DNA of 64,000 nucleotides from Rhizophagus irregularis (lineage: Eukaryota): contig NC_089432.1 in NCBI RefSeq assembly GCF_026210795.1, positions 5,580,001 through 5,644,000 on the forward strand, in the 5' to 3' direction. Shown here piece by piece: positions 24,445-37,208 of this stretch; position 1 is the stretch's first letter, and the number at the start of each line of letters is the position of its first letter. The position numbers and the translations under genes are program-made. The notes below the pieces were generated by a model, which saw only the letters and a program-made list of their open reading frames with translations, did not search any database and had not been told where the DNA came from.

Positions 24445-27400
24445 CTTACCTTCCGATTGGTTTACATTCTCTGTATTATTCTTATCTTGAGGAACTAAAA
24501 AAGTTATGATACATTAATTGAAGCTAAAATCATGAAATCACAAAAATTTTTATAAACACTTGAAATAATAACATACATAGATTTTTTTTAGCTTCTGCGA
24601 TAACATTTGCTCTTTCCTTCTCTTCTTCCTCTGTAGCAATGTTTGCAAGTCCACGTCGGATATAACTTTGGAAGTGTGTACCGGTCCTAGATAACTGTGT
24701 TGTTATCTTGCCTTCCATTTCAGGGTGTTGTTTTTGAAATTCATATAACTCGTAGATACCCTAAGCACAAAATTTCAATAATTTAATCATAATAATCTCG
24801 ATGCAATCTCAATATATTAATATTTACCTTCTTCGTTTCTTCCCTTGATCCAATTTTAAGAAAAATTTGAGTTAGACGTGCATTCATTTCTACCTCATGC
24901 GAACCTGATGAACGTGCACTTGTAGTTGGTGTAGGAAATTTTGGGGTCATTGGAGTGCGCGGCGACGCTGGACTTACTGGCTCTGAAGCATTTGACATAG
25001 TTTCATTGATATGACCAGGCACATCAGGTACTGGAGAATCCCTTGCTGGTGGGAAAGTTCTTGTTGGTGGTTCATTTATAGGGGAATTTCTTGCTGGTAT
25101 TGAATTCCTTAATGATGTTTGAGTAGGTGTTCTTTGTGGAGATAAGTCTCGTGCAGGAGAGGCACGTGCAGATTCTGTAGTAGAAAATTGTATATCGGAA
25201 CCAACTGAACTAATAGATCGAGCCGATGAAATTGAAGATGGACGGCTTGATGTATTATCAGCGATTGCTTGGCTGCCAGCTTGTCTATCCTTCTTCTTGG
25301 TAGCCTCAAGCATGTGGTGTAAGTAAGGATAAACATAACTCTTCTGTGGATCTTCAATAAGATCCAATTTTTCGTAGACACTTTCACCAAGACCTGTTAC
25401 TAGTTCGAGCAATAATGTCTTAACCGTACGTAAAGGCAATTCACCTAGTAACACTTTTTCTTTTTCTCTCCTTTTCCACTCAGCTGGAGGTATTGCCATA
25501 AAGAAATTGTTAAGATCACGTAGCAGCTGATTAGGCAATAGAGTACCAGCCTTCAAATTTTCCTGGACTGACTTTGCCAATTTCCATAAACATTTCATAA
25601 TTAGTTCAGTAAACTTTGTTTGTGTGGCAGCAGTTTCTGCATCAACTTCACGCAAATTTGATGACGATTTCCCTAGTATTGATATTAGTGCACTAAAGAA
25701 AAGTTAAAGGAAGATATTGTAAAATGAGTAATGATAATCATATAGATTGATATTACTATAATAATTTTTATTACCTATATGTTCTATTACGATTGCTATG
25801 TTCAAGTACTTTAACCATTGAAACATTAATTGCTTTGGATAATTGTGAACCACCGTCCACTACTGTAAGATTAGGGTCTAACAAACGATGTGCTAATTCG
25901 GAAAGTAAACGGTCGAGTGAATCTTGAGATACAGCTGATGCTAAGTCTTTATTTGAAAATAATAAGACTAAAGCATTAACTAGATGTTTACACAATCGAA
26001 TTAAACTAGGTGATTGTGGTTTAAGTTGTGTATAGGAAATTCGAAGCTGGATGGCTAAAGCATTTACAAGCTCGTCCACATTGCGAATAATAGATTCAGG
26101 AGAAGTGTTCAATTGTTTATCTAATTCTTTCAATGCTTCAATGCTTTGTTGAAATTCTGTACTCAAAATTTTAGTAATAATGATATCAACCATAAAAACA
26201 CGCTGTTTAGTAGGTGCATTCATTTCACTATTAACCGACTCGAATTTATCAACTTCCATACTGGATAAATCTTTCTTAGATTCGATCTCATCAACTGAAT
26301 CATTCGAAGATGCTGGAATTTGTCCATTTGCTCCATTCATACCAGGACGAGCTCGAGAAAACTGTAATCTTGATGGAGTTGCTCCCCTACCAATTCCGCT
26401 AGGAATTCCACCTCTTTGGAGAGGTGATTGAAGCCTACTAATACCAGAGGGCGGAGGTCCACTAAGTTGAGAAGAAAGTCCATTTGTAGGTAAACTTGAT
26501 GTATTAGGATTCGCTGCAGATAGTGGATTTGCCAGTGAAGTTGTGGGTTTGTTAAGTGTAGAATTAGCTGATGGCCTAAGAACCAATCCTGGTGGCAATT
26601 TTGCTGGTGGATCGTCATCTTCCATATTTTCCTCATCTGTATCAGCTTTGTCTTTGCTTGATGGTGCAGCAAGTCGAGATTTTGCCTTTTTTGTGTCCTT
26701 TTTTGCGGCAGGACCACTAGGACCAGTTGGTCGAACGGCTTCTATCATTGGCATAATTGTCTGTTTTACGGCACCTTTTAAATCACCGCATTTTGCAACA
26801 ACGTAATCAAAACCGGCACTCTTTACTATAGGACTTAAACAAGACTGCGCAGCTTTTCTAACTTCACCATTACGATCTTGTAAGCAGGATAGAATTGGTT
26901 GAACCATAGGTGATAAATCCGGTAGAGCATTCTTCTTATCACTTTCTGCAGCTTCTTTGAGACGTTCGGAGAGCCAACTCAATAAATCCTTCCTCAATAA
27001 AGGATTTTCGGTGGCAAGGCTCGTTGAAAATGAACCAATTAAAGAATCAAGGCCACAAGCATTTGCCAAAGCATCTAACGTGCTAATAGCACTACTACGA
27101 ACCGTTGCTTTTTGATCTGTAAGTACAGCAGTGACAGGCCCAACTAATATTTTTACGTGCCTCTCAAATGGTTTGCCCATTGCAGTAGCAATCTTGCCAG
27201 TTATATCCAAAGACATCATTTGCAAATTTTTATTACTATCTCCTAATCTTGATTTAAGGATAGGAACAAAATCACCTATAAAACAAATATTATAGCGCTT
27301 TTTTTAGTTAATCATTAAATTTCTTTTATTATTATTATTATTATTATTATTATCATTATTATTATTTATTCATCTATATACATACCCAAGTTCGGTTTAA

Positions 27401-30400
27401 TCTTCTTGTTAGCATCAACAATGGCAAGAACTTGCTCAAGTGCATCTTTTCGCACTTTCCATTTATCATCATTACATTCCTAAAAATATATTTTATTTAT
27501 ACATTAAATTTCTATCAGGCAAAAAAAAAAAATATTCTATTACTAAAATAGAACTTACAGCCATCATCTTACTAGTAAATTGCGCACCAATATCAACTTT
27601 AGGAAACAACTCTTCTATGGGATTTTTTCCACTACTACCTGTACCTGTAGCTTCAGCCTTTATGCAAATAAAAGAATAGTTAAAATCAAACAAAATGACT
27701 ATTATAAATAAATCCCTAACTTTGCACATACACTCGCCCTTAATGATTTCGGAGGTTCTTGACCAGCTACTTTTTCAAATTCACTATCAATTGTAGCAAG
27801 TTGTGTAGGATTTAAATCTTGAACAAATGTTCTGATGTCTGCGAATAATTGATTAATTAATTGTTTAAACATAATTTTTTTTAAAAAAAATTATAATCAT
27901 TGTTAATTTTTTTACCTGGTCCTACAAAAACACGCAATGCTCCCAAAACAGTGACAGCATTTGTACGAACGGATGCATTAGAACTTCCTAATGTAACTTT
28001 GAGAAATTCAATTAATTCTCGCACTTGAAGACCCCCTATTCCAAATTCCATAATAGCACCATGAATCCATAACAAATTATCAGCCAATATTTTGGGTGCT
28101 TTTGCTTTATTCAAGGGATCGTATGCTGTTAAATTTTTTTTTTTTTTTGGAAAAAAAATGAAGAAAAACAAAATTAGCAAATTAGCAAACATTAAATATT
28201 TAAAAACCATTTATTAAATACCTTGTGAAAGTACAAATTGTAAAGAAATTTTCTCGGAAAATGCCATTAATGCATCCCCTGCGCTCTTTTTTAATTTAAT
28301 ATCTCCTAATTTTTCCACAAGTACTGTAATATGTATATCATATTAATTAGCGTTCACTAAAATAATAAAAATTAATAAATAAATTTACTCGGTATTGCCA
28401 ATGTTGCCGCTGGTTTTCCAAATGACGGAAATTTTTGACTAAGCATCTCAATGATATTAAATGCTTTCGATAAAACCTACAATAGAACTTATGTTAATCA
28501 ATAATATAAATTTCATATAAAAATTGATATTCAAACAAAGTATTAACCTGAAAATTGCTTTCTTTCCATCCAGGCTTTTTAGAAAGAAATCTAACGACCA
28601 ATTCAGCTTCGATTTCAGATGATCTTTCTTCCAATGTGCTTTGAAGATTCTCGATGGCTGAAGTTAATGGCAAAAATTTGTAAAAGCCTTTTATAACATA
28701 AACAAATACTTAGAATAACATACCTTCTAAACGTAATTTCCAATTCTTTTCACTTAAATTAGCAGTCTGGTCTTCAGGTACAAATTCAGCAAACCTTTCT
28801 TCAGCACCTTCGTTAGAAAATTTGTATGTGATAATTTCTTCCTTCACTTTTCCGCCCTTTTTTGGAGGTGCGGCGGCGGCACTCGAGGCTTTTGCTGGTG
28901 GAGCTTTTTTTGGAGGGCCTCCCGGTTTTGCAGCTGCCTTCTTGGGTGCAGAACCCTTCAAAACAAATTCCCCATAAAGGGCAAAATGAGTTGAAATATC
29001 TTACAATAATATTAATACAGATAAAATTGACTATTCCAAAAATATGACGCACAGCTTCTTTTTTTTTTGCCGCAGGTTTTTCCGCAGGCTTTCCTTTAGG
29101 TGCTGCAGCTGGAGGCGGTGGTTTTTTCGCAGCTGAAAATTTTATTTTGACTTCGGCTTTATCATAATATTCTTTAATTTTTCCCTTTTTAATATCATCA
29201 AGTCCTTCCAAGAAAGTGTTCATAGCTTTCTCACCAATGACTTTCATCATTGTTCCCAGTCCTTCAAAAGCCGAAATACGAACAGGTTCAAAACTGTCCT
29301 CAGAAGCCTTTACCATCATTTCAGTTAAGGCTTTGATTTCGGCCTTTTGAGGCGACGTTCTTGTATTTTTAATACATTTTACTAAAAATTTCATGGATTC
29401 TGATTTAACTTGCGGATTCTTGTGTTTTCCAGCGGCTAATACATCCTCAGTGATATCAGAAATTGTAACCTATTTGGTAAAAAAATTAAATGATATAAAT
29501 TGAAAAAAAAATTCTATTTATGATACTTACGCTTAAAAATACTGCATCCAGCGCTGCGGACAAAGCATCAACAACGCTTTGTTTTCTTTCTTTGAGTTTT
29601 TCTATCAAAGGAGTCATGACCTAAATATGAAAATAACGTTATTAAACAGAAAGTCCTTAATTAAGGTAAATAATAAAGTTGAATATGATAAGTTTACCGT
29701 TGTTTTGTATTTTGCGAATGGTTCACGTAAACCCAAAGCCAATGCCTCAATAACATTAGCTGCGAGTGTAACTACTAGAATATTCGCATCTGAAATACGC
29801 TGTAAGTTAAAAAATATAAAAATATTAAAAAAATACACTTTTTTGTAAATAACTTTGTCACAATTATGCAATGATATTCATTACAAATTAATTTCTATGC
29901 AACCTTTGCAAGTGCAGCAGTTAATTCAGAATAATTGTTATCCGCAATCCTTGGCGTCTTACAGATTTCCAGAAAACCTTCCAAAGCTTCTTTTCTTTCT
30001 TTCCATTTTGAAGACCCCTAGTAGGACATATATAACGTTTAAAAAGAATTTACTAAAAATATTAACTAAATGTCATATAATATATATTACCAATAGAGTA
30101 TAGAAGTCTTTGGACATTTTTGAAAGAACATCAACTGGTTCCGCTAAATCATATGCATCAATCTCTTTCTCTTCCTCAGCTTCAGCCTCATCACCTAATA
30201 TGCAAAATTCAAGCCATGTTTAATACAACATAACCAAAATACAAATGTATTGCGGACATTACCTTTACCAGCTTCAGCTGCCGCTTCAGCCGCTGCCACT
30301 TGTGAACGTAATAATCGTCCTTGTGTGGGTTTTTCTTGTGGTAATTTTTCAAATGATTCATTCAGTTCTTTTATCTAAAATCGATAAATAGTAGTGTGAA

Positions 30401-31581
30401 ATTTTGATGTTTCGAATAATCATCACATCCTAAATATCTTCGACTTTTACCTGTACTGGTTTTAACTCTGATAAATGAGGATCTATTGCTTTACCCAACC
30501 ATTTATATAATTCTATTACTAATTGTGTTCCCTATACAATAAAAAAGTCAATTGTATTTAAAATGATATTAAATAATCATTATAATTATTATTTGATTAT
30601 TCAATTACCTCACTTCTCACATTCTTATCTGTGTGTGCAAATATTTTTGGTATAGTTTTGAGAATAGGTTTAACATTCACAGTTTTTGTACCATAAAGTC
30701 TGGAAAAAATTAAATGAATTAAATTAGCATAACCATACCACTAATCATCAATGAATTGGAATTTTTCTACGATTTGATTGAGTAGATATAGAAAAGATAA
30801 TTATTTCAAATTTCAGTAATATAGATGTAATACCTAATTATCTCTTTAAGTGCAGAAACAGTTGTAGCAACCAACTTAGGTTGTTTGGCGCTTAACCCCC
30901 CAAGGACATCCCCCTAAAGTCAAATAAACAATTAAATATATTTAACAAAATTAACAAAATTGGCTTGAAAATAATTATAAGTTTACGCACTACTACGGGT
31001 TCTGGTGAATCGACTTCTATATATAATAGTATAAGTTCTATTGCTTTATTTTTAGTCCCAGCACGAGACGAACCAAAACCCTTTTCTACAACTGCCGGTA
31101 TTATAGAATTCCTGACCCTGCAATTTGAATGGAGATCGTCAAGTTAATAAATTTAAAACATAAAATATGTACCTGTATATAACAAACTATTGACGCGCTA
31201 AAATACTTGAATAAACTAGGTTATTGGCGAGTAAGAACCTTAAACTTACTTTAATGGATTTGGTGCGTTCTCCACAAACGCAAGTAAGGTCGTTAGACCA
31301 GTTTCTTGAGCGACTGCATTAGAGTCTGTGGCGATGTTTTTCATAAAACCCTCATAAGGCTTAAAGTCGCTTTCATTATCTGATTTTTTGAATAGTTTCG
31401 TAAGTTCTTCATAAGCTCCAACCCGAACTTTCCAAATCTAAAGTAGTAAATCACCAAAATATGATATATATATCTCAATTAAAATAAAGTGAAATAATTG
31501 AAAAGTTTTAACGTTAAAAACCTTATGTGTGACTCGTTCAGTTAGAGGTAATGATGAATAGTCCTCCTCAGGTGCTGCCAT
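24295..31581 (-). CDS. STU2: XMAP215/ch-TOG/Stu2/Alp14-family microtubule polymerase (TOG/HEAT repeats), about 20+ exons
   Basis: N-terminus MAAPEEDYSSLPLTERVTHKIWKVR; TOG signatures WKVR, KWKERKEAL, NWKLRLE, KWKVRKDAL; C-terminal region KFTELIMKCLWK, GELPLRTVKT, IFLKIGSREETK. Confidence 0.93.
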
Positions 31582-33149
31582 TTATACTAAAATACAAAAA
31601 GACGCGGATTTTAAGTTGTATATTAAAAAAACTCTGAAGGAAATTTTTGTAAAGTGGTTTTATAAAGGTGTAGTGAAAAAAAAACCAAAAAAAAAACGAC
31701 AAGCACTGTAAAAGTAAAGAGAAAAGATATTAAGAAAGGAGAACGGAGAAACGAAGTTGTAATTGATATATAGCTGCTCGGGCGTTGTTATAAATTTTAT
31801 TTGGATATCATAGACACAAATACAAGTAGCAAAAGCCTAAAATGGTTAGCTTTAAGTTATGTAACATATCACGTCATCCGAATTTTAAGATCATGTGACA
31901 TGACGGTGTTACATCAAATGATAATTGTGGTACATTAATATATACAGTATCCCGTAATAAAAAAAAAAAATTTTTATAGGTTGTAACATTGCAATATTGG
32001 AATGCTGTGTAATTATGAAACATAAAAAAATCTTGGGTTTTTCCCTCAAATTTATTATGTGCGCCTTGGCAGATTAACCCAGAGCTCCTTATTTAGAAAA
32101 AGGTTAATGTCTATAAAATGATAATATAGTCATTTCACGCAGAGCAAGAACTTTTTACTTAATAACTTGACTTGAACAAAATACTGGACGGATGATTTAC
32201 AAAAATCCAGAAATAATTTTAAACTAGTGGAGAAATCCGAAAATGAAACAAAAACAAAAATGAAAGGATTATTTAATGAAACAAAAACCAAAAAAATCAA
32301 AAACAAGGGTCAAAATGAAGTAAAACAAAAGGATCACTAAAAGAATCAACAACAAAGCAAAATATAATTATATAACCCAAAGTAGGAATTAACCTAAAAA
32401 GTACCAGCGTGGAAAATCTATTCTAACAAATGCCGGAGATTTTATTCACTTCACTTAAAAATTACAAAATAAACCCGGTTACATGCTCCGGTTAAAAAAC
32501 TAATTTCTATGCTTTACCGGAATCTCTCCGAAATTTTTTCTTTTTTCCATGCTGAGTACTTTAACCAATGCGTAATAAAAAACAAACGAAAAAAAAAGAA
32601 AAACTAGTTTCTCACTTTCTCTATCTACGACTAGTGAACTACAGTATCCAGACAGGTAGGCCAGTCTTGCTATTAATATCATGCATGCAGTACCAAAATG
32701 TTTTAAGAACACAATTATTTTTGAAAATCCTAATTCTATATAAATGATAAAAATTTAAAACGAGATATATTACATTTTTTGAGTTTTGATTTCTATCTAT
32801 ACTACTATGAATCACAGCGAGATTTCCAAATTTCTATTATTATCTACGTCAACATGAATTGCATTACTGAAGTGTATCATGTGATAAATCACATGTAGAA
32901 AAAGAAGTAAAAAATTTTTTGCGAAAATGTGAATATTTGTTTACAGTAAACAATTTATCGCGTAATAATAGCATATACCTAAATTACTAAACTATCTAGA
33001 TAGGAAATGAGTATTCCTTTCTTTCTCACATGTTTATCATATTTTTACCAATGGATCAACAACAAAAATAATCCAGTTTTTTCCTTCTATAATAAGTACT
33101 TCTTTTAATTATCAAATATGTTTTATATGCCAAGTTTTTAATTCGAACG

Positions 33150-33305
33150 ATAGTCCCAAGTTGACGATTGCCCCAAATCAACGATCGGCCTAAATTATCG
33201 GCCCATCTTTATAATGCCTTAAGAATTTTCAAAGCATTACTTTTCACATATAGTAATCATCGATGATTATCGTCAATTTGGGGCATATTGAGATTTGGGG
33301 CACAA
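33150..33305. repeat. Short inverted-repeat cluster, possible MITE remnant
   Basis: TGCCCCAAATCAACGAT (33169-33185) pairs at 15/17 with ATCGTCAATTTGGGGCA (33269-33285); extra partial copies at 33153-33168 and 33289-33302. Confidence 0.55.
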
Positions 33306-33494
33306 CAATAGCAACGATAGCGATAGAATTGATTGATCGGCATTTTGATCACATGTTTCATTGGTTGATCAACCAAAGACGATCGAATATCATTATAAAA
33401 TCTTGTTATTAGATCGTATCAAATAACTCTTTATATTTTTATTTCAAACCTATATTCTAAAAAAATTTAAAAAAAAAATATCAAGTAAACCGAA

Positions 33495-35970
33495 TTACGC
33501 AATCTTTTTTGACCGATACAATAAAATATATGCCATATGCCAATCACCTATATCGCGGTGAATTAAATAAAATTTAGAAAAATAAACTAAAATTTCGTAA
33601 GGAAAAATTAGAACATTCAAATTTTTTGTTACCTCCTCCGTCCAATTTTTGAATATCTTCTTGCGATACGATTTTAACTTTGTCATCATCATATTGAATC
33701 CAATCATCTGTAAATAAATAGAAATGTTAACAAATTACTAAATTTCGAATTATAATAAAAATAATTATTAACATACCAGAATTATCTTTACGCACCCATC
33801 CCATATAATGTCCTAAAATTATAATTTCATTAAATTAATAAAAATTACCATTAAATTGGGTAAAACTTCTTATACTTACCAGATTCAGCTGATCTTCCGA
33901 TGTGGGTAAGAACTGCACAAAGATCATATAATCCTGATACATTAGCACCAATATCTTTATTTAGGTCAGGATCAATAAGCTTTTTGAGCTCCTCCGCATA
34001 TGTTGTTTCATCATTTTTTGAATCCGCTAAACCTTGATCATCATTATCGATTGAAAGTTTTGCTTTATTCTAAAGTAGAGTTTTTTTTTTAAAACAAAAG
34101 TTCAATACTGTAAATCATTGATCAAATAAAAATCATACAATAATAACACCTTTGCACTTTCTCTTTCTTTTTCCAATTCGCGTAAACGATTTTTAAGTGG
34201 TAAAATTTTATTTTTTAATTCATCAGTACAAAAGTCTGTAGCATCAAGTTCCATTGGAAATTTTACTTTACGTAAAATTTTAGCTTTAACATTTCGGTCA
34301 GCTTTCCAAAAAAATCTTACAAATTGTACCGTAAGGTATGATGGCAACCGACTTATACGTGAAGTTTTATTATAAATTGCCGTTCTTCCTAATGTAGGAG
34401 AATTTTTTTCAATCTGTTCATCTAAATCCTAAGTAAACAGATGAGTTGATAATTAAATTTAAAGACTTTTAAAAAGATTGTATTATAAGAATTTAAACAG
34501 CGTTACCTCCAGAACTCCATTTTGCATATAATTTATGGTTTTTGAGATATGACAGTTTAATTTTGTAAAATTTTCTTTTACAATAGTTGCTTCCTCTTCG
34601 GAGGCTTCTTCACATTTAAGACTAAAAAAGTAATTTTAAATAATTGTTTCCAATATAATGTGAACATATAAATTAATATAAATTATTATAAAAGATTATA
34701 CTTACGTCGAAGTAAATTCTCCTGTCATGTAACGATCAATAAATGATCCCGATGTTGTTTCACCTTCTGATGACAAACTAGAATCTTGGTTTGGTATAGG
34801 AATATTTGCTTGTTTCAGACTAGACACAATTTGGCTCCAACATTCTTCGGCATCTTGCTGCATAAAACCAGTAGCATTCCGTTGAGCAAATTGAGGGAAA
34901 ACATTTCTAAGTATCTAATAATAATAATAATAATAATAATAAGTACTAAAACTTTTAAAATAAAATGAGATTAAAGTTAAATTACCTGAAGAAAATTAAG
35001 TGGAGTAGCACCTTCAGTGGTTTGACTCATATTACGATAAAGATCGCGCAAAGAGGTTGTAAGGTTATTAGCAGCAGCAGCAGCAGAAGATCCACTTGTA
35101 AAACTATGATGATAGATACATAAACGTTAACTATTAATTTTCTTAATAGATGATGATTTATTATTATAAAAACTATGTTTCACCTATTCAGAGACTCCTG
35201 CAATTCTGGCATTACTCGAAGACATTGTAAGGTTGAATTCATATAACAAGTGTTACCAAGATTTCGGAGACCAGATGGTAACTTTAACTATAACGATTAT
35301 AGATGAAATTAAATAAATAGATTTAACTAAATGATAGGATTACACAAATTCAAATTCATACGGTTTCTGCCAATTGTTTATCCGACATATCTTCAATAAA
35401 TAAAGTTTTATTTTCCGGTTCTTTTGGCAATTCACCAATTGTTCCCATCATCTAAAAATATATTATAGTACAGATCAATACTAGTAATATCTCAAAGATT
35501 TACATGAATCAATTTATCATACCATGAATTTGCTGCCCTATATAAGACATGTATAAAGATATACGTTAATTTTTAATAAACAAAACCGAAAATGATAAAA
35601 TCCAAACCTCTTTAATATTCAAAGTGTTTAAATCAGTATTCTCCTATATAGGAAATAGTAAATTAATAACAAATGTACAAATAAATATTAAATAAAAAAG
35701 AACGCTTGATTAATAAAAAGAATATAAATTACCGTCAAGGTTTTTCCTTTAAACAAGAGCTTTTGTCTGTCAGGTTGTACACTTGTCATGGTGTACAGCT
35801 GAGTCTTAAGTAATTCAACAGAATCATCAGTATCAGCTTCCAATTCATAGTCAGTTCCATTCCATTTAACATTAACTATAACAAAGAGGAGCGAAGAAGT
35901 AAAAGTCAAGAAAGAAAATTTTAATTAATAATCAAAAAGTATTGAGTAACAAACCTTTAACTAACGGCAT
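33495..35970 (-). CDS. UBP6: Proteasome-associated deubiquitinase Ubp6/USP14 (Ubl + UCH domains), multi-exon
   Basis: Ubl VNVKW...SVQPDRQKLL; Cys box GLRNLGNTCYMNSTLQCL; QQDAEEC; RLPSYLTVQFVRFFWK; His box THIGRSAESGHYMGWV; C-terminus GDWHMAYILLYR. Confidence 0.96.
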
Positions 35971-36048
35971 TTCCGACTTGTTTTGGTTGCGAATCGAATT
36001 TAAAAAGAATTAATTTTTACAGATATCAGTCATCATTATTTTAACCAA

Positions 36049-36056
36049 TCACGTGA
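36049..36056. promoter_or_regulatory. TCACGTGA E-box with adjacent CCAAT upstream of UBP6
   Basis: CCAATCACGTGAC about 80 bp upstream of the ATG; the same motif family recurs in other promoters of the window. Confidence 0.5.
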
Positions 36057-36423
36057 CTTTGATAAATGTCCGTAAATGGTCAAGCAAATTTATCAGCAGA
36101 TATTCCAACACGAAAAACAAAGCACGCGAACAACCATTTAGAAAAAATTTAATCTTTTATGACAGTAAATCAAAGGAAAAGATTATTGAACAATGTTTTT
36201 AAGTAAGATTAGTTACTGGGTGATTAGTAAAAAACGCAATTTTACTAGAATTGCATATATTTTTAAAAAAACCAATTTTACGTGATAATAATAATTAGAA
36301 TCTTTGACTAGTTTTATTTAAATTTAATTTTTTCTTCATATATTCAGGTATAAGGCAAATTTTTTTGCTTTTTAAAACATGTTACTAATAAAGTACGGTA
36401 TACTTAGCATCATCAGATCACTT

Positions 36424-36907
36424 TTAATCGAAAAGACCGAATCCCATATCCTACGATTATAAAAAAAAAGATAAGAATTCGGAATTTACAATTTAGATTT
36501 TAATAAATTAAATATATTACCTCATCGGATTCTTCTTTCTCTTCTTCTTTCTTAGCATCTTCAGCGGGAGCAGCTTCAGCAGTAGCATCGGTACCAGCTG
36601 CAGCACCACCACTAGCTGCAGCACCACCGCCTGTAGGTACTGAAGATAACTTCGACAATCCCGAATTAACCAACTTAAAAATCATTATTTAATAAATTAA
36701 CTACTATTCGTTTAAATTAGTATGAAGAATTAATTTATTTTACAATAATACCTCATCGATGTCTTTTCCATCTAATTCTCCTAATAATTGTTTAAGTCTT
36801 GCGCTATCAGTTTCAATACCAACGGTATCAAGAAGAGATTTGATACTACTTTCGTTGGGCGTTTTACCAGCGAGATTTAATAACAAATAGGCTGCAAGGT
36901 GTTTCAT
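36424..36907 (-). CDS. RPP2: 60S acidic ribosomal protein P2, 3 coding exons
   Basis: MKHLAAYLLLNLAG...ELDGKDIDE, Ala-rich hinge, EEKEESDEDMGFGLFD* C-terminus. Confidence 0.97.
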
Positions 36908-37208
36908 TATTACTAAAAAAAGATTATTATTCTTTATTAATCTAAACTGTCAAATATATTTAAAACTAAATAATTTCTCTTTTGATACCTAATATTTTTC
37001 GAGATATTTTTTTTTGTCGCAAAAGTCGATACGAATTCTTTAACTCTAATTAGAGAACAATTACGCTCTTAAAAAAAAACTCGATGAAAAAACTTTTTTC
37101 CTTGAGGATACAGACCAATTATATTGTAAATCTTATTTTGTCATGTGATTGATTGATTAGATAAAAAAATTTTTTTCTCATCTTTTGTAGTCTCTTGTTT
37201 CATAAAAA

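Noticed and set aside
32500..32712. Short ORFs in intergenic or AT-rich DNA (also 5185, 6293, 24038, 45894, 57208, 61546)
   Set aside because: Short, compositionally biased (F/I/L/Y-rich), mostly non-ATG starts, no motifs.
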